A stretch of 64,000 nt of DNA from Squalus acanthias (Eukaryota), in the NCBI GenBank assembly GCA_030390025.1, contig CM059438.1:62312001-62376000 (forward strand), given 5' to 3'. Positions 57,707 through 64,000 of the stretch are shown in pieces. The notes beneath the pieces were generated by a model. The model did not search any database. It was not told the DNA's origin and saw only the letters and a list, made by a program, of their open reading frames with translations. A program made the position numbers and the translations under genes. The stretch's first letter is position 1, and every line of letters starts with the position of its first letter.

Positions 57707-60700
57707 TGGAAGAGACAGGCGTTTCTGCAGCCGCAGACATGATTCCAGGATGGTATGTTGCCTCCTTGGTGCCAGGGTCACGGATGTCACTGAGCAGCTG
57801 CAGAATATTCTGAGGAGGGAGGGTGAAACAGCCTGAGGTCGTGGTCTATATCGGTATCAACGACATAGATAGAAAGAGGGATGCGGTCCTGCAAGCACAT
57901 TTTAGGGAGCTAGGAAAGAGATTCAAAAGCAGGACCTCAAAGGTAGTAATCTCCAGATTACTCCCGATGCCACGAGCTGGTGAGTATAGAAATAGGAGGA
58001 TAGAACAGATGAGTGCATAGCTGGAGAGATGGTGCAGGACAGAGGGCTTTAGATTCCTAGGACATTGGGACCGGTTCTGGGGGAGGTGGGACCTGTACAG
58101 GCCGGACAGGTTGCACCTCAACAGAGCCGGGACCAATGTCCTCACAGGGGGATTTGCTAGTGCTGTTGGGGAGTGTTTAAACTAATTTGGCAGGGAGTGA
58201 GCACCAGGATGTAGCATTAGAAAGGAGGAACAAGGTGCTCAAAGGATTGGGAGAGACAAATGGCACAAGAGTAAGAAATAGTATGGTATTAGGTGGGGTC
58301 AGACTAAGAGAGAATACAAGAAGGTCTAAAATAGGTTTACAGTGCATGTGTGTAAATGCATGAAGCGTGGTAAATAAGGTTGGTGAGCTGCAGGCGCAAA
58401 TAGCCGCATGGGAATATGATGTCGTGGCAATAATGGAGACCTGGATCAAAAAAGGGCAGGATTGGGTGCTAAATATTCCTGGTTATAAGGTGTTCAGGAA
58501 CGATAGGGAAGGAAAGAAAGGAGGTGGGGTGGCAGCATTGATTAAGGCGAATGTTACAGTGCTGGAGAGAGAGGATGTCCTGGAGGGGTCAAGGACAGAA
58601 TCTATTTGGTTAGAGTTAAGAAACAATAGAGGTACTATTACACGACTAGGTGTATTCTATAGGCCACCAAGTAGTGGGAAGGATATAGAGGAGCAAATTT
58701 GCAGGGAAATTACAAGAACTATAGAGTAGTGACAATGGGGGACTTCAACTATCCTAATATAGACTGGGATAGTAATAGTGTAAAGGGCAGAGAGGGAGAA
58801 GAATTCTGAAGTGTGTTCAAGAGAACTTTCTTGATCAGTACGTTTCCGGCCCAACCAGGAAGGAGGCATTGCTGGATCTGGTTGTGGGGAATGAGGTGGG
58901 TCAAGTGGAGCAAGTATCAGTAGGGCAACATTTAGGGAACAGGTATCATCAGGTTTAAATTAGCTATGGAAAAGGACAGGGAGCAATCTAGAGTAAAAAT
59001 ACTTAATTGAAGGAAGGCCAATTTCAATGGGTTGAGAATGGATCTGGCCCAAGTAAATTGGAATCAAAGATTGGCAGGCAAAACTGTAATCGAACAATGG
59101 GCTGCCTTTAAAGAGGAGATGGTTCGGGTACAGTCGAGGTACATTCCCACAAGGGGGAAAGGCAGGGCAACCAAAGTCAGAGTTCCCTGGATGACAAAAG
59201 AGACAGAGAGTAAGATGAAGCAGAAAAATGGGGCGTCTGACAGATGTCAGGTTGAGAATACAAGTGAGAACCAGGCTAAATATAGAAAGTTCAGAGGGGA
59301 AGTGAAAAAGGAAATAAGAGGAGCAAAGAGAGAGTATGAGAATAGATTGGCAGCTAACATAAAAGGGAATCCAAAAGTCTTCTCCATGCATATAAATAGT
59401 AAATGGGTAGTAAGAGGAGGGATGGGGCCGATTAGAGACCAAAATGGAGACCTACGCATGGAGGCAGAGAGCATGGCTGAGGTACCAAATGAGTACTTTG
59501 TATCTTTACCAAGGAAGAAGATGCTGCCAAAGTCATAGTGAAAGAGGAGGTAATTGACATACTGGATGGGATAAAAATTGATAGAGGTGGTACTAGAAAG
59601 GCTGGCTGTACTTAAAGTAGATAAGTCACCAGGACCGGATGGGATGTGCATCCAAGGATGCTGAGGGAAGTAAAGGTGGAAATTGCGGAGGTACTGGCCA
59701 TAATCTTCCAATCCTCCTTAGATACGGGGGTGGTGCCAGAAGACTGGAGAATTACAAATGATACACCCTTGTTCGAAAAAGGATGCAAGGATAAACCCAG
59801 CAACTACAGCCCAGTCAGTTTAACCTTGGTAGTAGGGAAGCTTTTAGAAATGATAATCCAGGACAAAATTAACAGTCACTTGGACAAGTGTGGATTAATT
59901 AAGGAAAGCCAGCACGGATTTGTTAAAGGCAAATTGTGTTTAACTAACTTGATTGAGTTTTTTGATGAGGTAACAGAGGTCTGATGAGGGCAATGTGGTT
60001 GATGTGGTGTACATGGACTTCCAAAAGGCGTTTGATAAAGTGCCACATAATAGGCTTGCAAGCAAAGTTGAAGCCCATGGACTAAAAGGGACAGTGGCAG
60101 CATGGATATGAAATTGGCTCAGTGACAGGAAACAGAGAGTAGTGGTGAACGGTTGTTTATCGGACTGGAGGAAAGTACACAGTGGTGTTTCCCAGGGGTC
60201 GGTACTAGGACCACTGCTTTTCTTGATATATATTAATGACTTGGACTTGAGTGTACAGGGCACAATTTCAAAATTTGCAGATGACACAAAACTTGGAAGT
60301 ATAGTGAACAGTGAGGAGGATAGTGATAGACTTCAAAACATAGACAGGCTGGTGGAATGGGCGGACATGTGGCAGATAAAATTTAATGCAGAAAAGTGCG
60401 AAGTGATTTTGGTAGGAAGAACGAGGACAGGCAATATAAACTAAAGGGTACAATTCTAAAGGGGTGCATGAACAGAGAGACCCGGGGGTATATGTGCACA
60501 AATCGTTGAAGGTGGCAGGGCAGGTTGTGAAAGCGGTTAAAAAAGAATATGGGATCCTGGGCTTCATAAATAGAGGCATAGAGTACAAAAGCAAGGAAGT
60601 TATGATGAACCTTTATAAAACACTGGTTCAGCCTCAACTGGAGTATTGTGTCCAATTCTGGGCACCGCACTTTAGGAAGGATGTGAGGGCCTTGGAGAGG

Positions 60701-61131
60701 GTGCAGAAAAGATTTACGAGAATGGTTCCAGGGAGGAGGGACTTCAGTTACGTGGATAGACTGGAAAAGCTGGGGTTATTCTCCTTAGAGCAGAGACGGT
60801 TGAGAGGAGATTTGATAGGTGTTCAAAATCATGATCGGTCTAGATAGAGTGCAACTGTTCCTATTGGCGGAAGGGTCGAGAACCAGAGGACACAGATTTA
60901 AGGTGATTGGCAGAAGAACCAAAGGCGACATGAGGAAAACTTTCTTGCGCAGCGAGTGGTTAGGATCTGGAATGTACTGCCTGAAAGGGTGGTGGAGGCA
61001 GACTTAATCGTGGCTTTCAAAAGGGAATTGGATAAGTACCTGGAGGAAAAAGAAATTACAGGGCTACGGGGAAAGGGCTGGGGAGTGGGACTAGCTGAAG
61101 TGCTCTTGCAGAGAGCCGGCACGATTCTATG
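57707..61131 (+). mobile_element. Long degraded CR1 LINE (partial ORF1 esterase plus ORF2 pseudogene)
   Basis: ORF1 remnant (YIGIND, RTSKVVIS), APE (METW, YRPP) and RT (FADDTKL) pieces with many stops and frameshifts. Confidence 0.93.
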
Positions 61132-62694
61132 ACATACAGTCACAAGGACGCAATGTAATCTCATTTGAACAGACATGTTACACCAATATGCTGTTTTACC
61201 AGGATGTCTGGACCTTCAGATTTCAACACAAATAATGCAGTGATGGTTTTGGTATTGATCCTGGTATTGACTGCCGTTAAACAGGAAACCTACTTGCATG
61301 TTGGCTTTTCTAAATATAAGGTACATCTGCACAGCTCTGCACCAATCCTTGGACTAGTTAGTCACTTTCTAAAGCAGGACATATTTCTAACCTTGATCTC
61401 CTCCAATGGTTAATTTTTTTGGAAAACTTCTGATGATCAGCATTGTAAAGTAAAATTTAAAGTGATGTCACAGCCCCTTATAGTTATTCCTTCAGGATTT
61501 TATCTGCATTTATTTATACTCCTGAAAGTAAATTATTCCACTAGAATTTGTCCATTTCTGCACGACTCAAACAATAATTTGGATGTCATTTTCTCAGTTT
61601 CTAACTGTACATGTCAGTGCAGCTGCTGCAGGTAGAGCCGTTAATGTTGAAGGAAATACATCTAACTACGTCTCTTACTGAGGCAGCTGCCTACAGTGCT
61701 GTGAACAAAATGTTCCTCGGAATATAAAGGAGATTGCAGTTATTCCATGATTCATCCAAAACATAATATTTTGGTATAAATTGTTGACGTGCTCTTTCAA
61801 GGATTAAGATAAACCATCTGAACACTGGCTTTATAGTAATGGTTTGGATTGAGTATTCTAGCTGCAACAAAGCCCCTTTACTAGTCCATTTGCTGTATCT
61901 AATCACAGGGATATTGTGTAAAACAGGATTAAAACTGTAGCTGTCCGACCTTAGCGGATGTTGGTTATCTTTTAAATCCTCTCTGTTATTAAGAAGAAGC
62001 TCAGTCTTAAAAAGGTGGAAAAATTCATTTGTTTACTCAAACGCAGCCCTCTGCCAGATCTACTGAAGACTGTGCGCTGGAGGAATGAAGCTTGTAACAT
62101 TGAACCTGACAGACTTCATTGTTTTGCTGTACTTTGATCCTTGAGAATTAATAACTCATGCTATCCAAGTTTGTTGCAATAACGTTTTTGGAACTGGGTG
62201 TTTGAAGACATTATAAGCCATTGTTATAATGACGGCGGGGCCTTGGGAGAGCGGGGTCCAGACAGAGACCCGCGACCTCTGGTGGTTGCTCTCCCCTTTT
62301 TAATGGGCAGTGCAGCACTGCTGCTGACGTGGCTCGTTGGAGGTCCAGTAACGAGGTGTTTTGATATCGCTGTGCTGTCGTGTTCGTATCACCGGCTCCC
62401 AAAGTGCGAATCTGCCGCAGCTGCCAGCAACACCAAAGCAAGCTTGTTTGATTCAGTAAGGGCAGACCGGCAAAAGCAGTTTTTTTTTTAACTGTGTCTT
62501 CCAGGCCATAACGAATGTGGCAAGTTTACTCTGCTATTGGTACTGGCCGCGCGAGTCCTGTGCGTAGGGAGCTGCTGGCCTTAACCCCGCAGTACAGTGA
62601 TATAAAAGCAGGCAGAAGACCCACGTTTCCTGCTCTTGAGACACAAGAACACAAGAAAAGGCTGAGCCCGGGTGAAGCTTGCTTCTAATTTAAA

Positions 62695-62788
62695 TTAACG
62701 ACAGAAAGCGCTGGAAAAACTCAGCAGGCCAGGCAACATCCGTGGAGAGAGAAACAGAGTTGACGTTTCAGGTCGAAGACCCTTCGTC
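62695..62788 (-). mobile_element. Penelope-like family 2 fragment ending in the hammerhead core
   Basis: rc GACGA-A-GGGTC ttc GACCT-GAAA-CGT-C, matching 50145-50277. Confidence 0.7.
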
Positions 62789-62882
62789 TTATTGTCTGAT
62801 GCCTGTACTGGTGGGAACACAGCAGTCCTGCCACCCACAGCACAATATTCACATAAAAGTGCCTTGGGACTTCTATGACATA

Positions 62883-63408
62883 GGGGGGGATTTTAACCCC
62901 CACAAACAGGTGGGTTTGGTTTGGGTGGCCTGTATTAAAAAAAAAAAAAATCTGAAACCTGACCCAAACCCACCCACTTCCGGTTTTAATGGAGGTGGGA
63001 CGGGGGGGCGGGCAACCGACCAGGTTGGTCATTTAAATATTATAATGAGGTTTTGCGCCTCAGAATTAACCACCATTTTAAATTTAACCCTGGCTGACCC
63101 GGGAAACCCATCAGCTAAAGGGAGGCAAGGAGTGCTGGATCCAGGAGCTAAGTGCCTTTCCACTTTCCTGCTGGATCCAGTTTACTAGCTTTACCCAACC
63201 CCGCAATCAGACACCCCCTGACCCTTCCAATCTCTTTCCCCTCCCCCCCCCACCCCACGACACTGACCTTTCTGATCTCCTCCACCACCGGCCCTTCCGA
63301 TTGTTAAATTTGGCAGGAGCTGAGGGAAACCCATTCTTCCGGGTTTCCCAACCTCAAAACAGTCCCCGCCCCCACTCCCTCCCTGCCTCCGAGCTAATAT
63401 CCAGATCT
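62883..63408. mobile_element. Degraded Harbinger-like MITE
   Basis: Starts GGGGGGGATTTTAAC, carries internal palindromes (GGTGGGTTTGG/CCAAACCCACC, GGGAAACCC/GGGTTTCCC), and has a degenerate right end. Confidence 0.5.
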
Positions 63409-64000
63409 AGGCCATAGTTTCTGAGTCTTGCTTCAGTGGTGTTGAATGAGAGAAAGGGCAGCTGTTGACTGCAAGGTTTTTGCCCAAATTAAACTCTCAT
63501 AAACAATGAGGTGCTTGTATTTCTTCAGTATTATATTTCAACACCTTTTGAATAACTCGGACCTGACAATCTTTTGTGCTCGCAATACTTTGGGGCGGGG
63601 TGGGGGGGTGGGAAATATATTCCAAGTTTTGTGTCTAAAAGTGAATGTTGGTTTTCAGATTGGTTGGTGCTAATCTCAGTCAGCTGCCCAGAAATCAGAA
63701 GAAGCCATTGGACTGGCACAGCTGCCTGACAAAAGGAGTAAAGTATTTTACCCAGACTATGGGCCTGAATGGATGAGAAGAGCACTGCTGCGGCCTCTTC
63801 CTCTGCTTTATTCCCGCCTGGCGAAGAGTGTGGCTGAGGCTTCAGGTTGCTATTTGGGACATCCACATTTCAAACCACTGTATTCTCTGCCTTGCCATGA
63901 GATTGACTAGTTACACTTAAATGACAACAGCAAATTTATGCCATCAAAATCAAATATTAAAAGTTCTGCTCAAAATTTAACATAATTGAACATTCTGAGT

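Noticed and set aside
1..64000. Host protein-coding exons among the short ORFs
   Set aside because: Non-TE ORFs resemble no protein family I recognise, and many are antisense shadows of LINE ORFs. Acceptor-like sites (e.g. 13152, 21388, 56373) and donors (51967, 57109) could not be paired into a credible exon. Small exons could have been missed.

Overview
Eukaryotic, repeat-dense DNA with no confidently identifiable host-gene exon. It is almost certainly from a cartilaginous fish (shark), inferred from the repeat inventory recalled from memory: SacSINE1/DeuSINE-type SINEs, CR1 LINEs with HER1-like tails, L2 3' ends and Penelope-like hairpins. It is probably a large intron or intergenic region. 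Contents: (i) several CR1 LINE families, including one young 5'-truncated copy (43187-46830) with an intact SGNH-esterase ORF1 segment and an uninterrupted endonuclease-RT ORF2; (ii) a second CR1-group LINE lineage, L2 remnants and several SINE families; (iii) two Penelope-like (PLE) families carrying minimal hammerhead-ribozyme motifs, three copies being near-perfect fold-back hairpins with TSDs; (iv) GC-rich PIF/Harbinger-type MITEs (3-bp TSDs) with covarying hairpins and convergent splice-donor clusters; (v) two hAT MITEs; (vi) a tRNA-Ile(AAT) pseudogene directly upstream of a CR1. Top findings: a conserved U_UUA_AAC slippery heptamer at the CR1 ORF1/ORF2 overlap, with no in-frame AUG before the end of the endonuclease (candidate -1 ribosomal frameshift giving an esterase-EN-RT fusion), and ribozyme-bearing PLE fold-back insertions that repeatedly end at the ribozyme. 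Family names come from memory, not a database search, and boundaries of degraded repeats are approximate.
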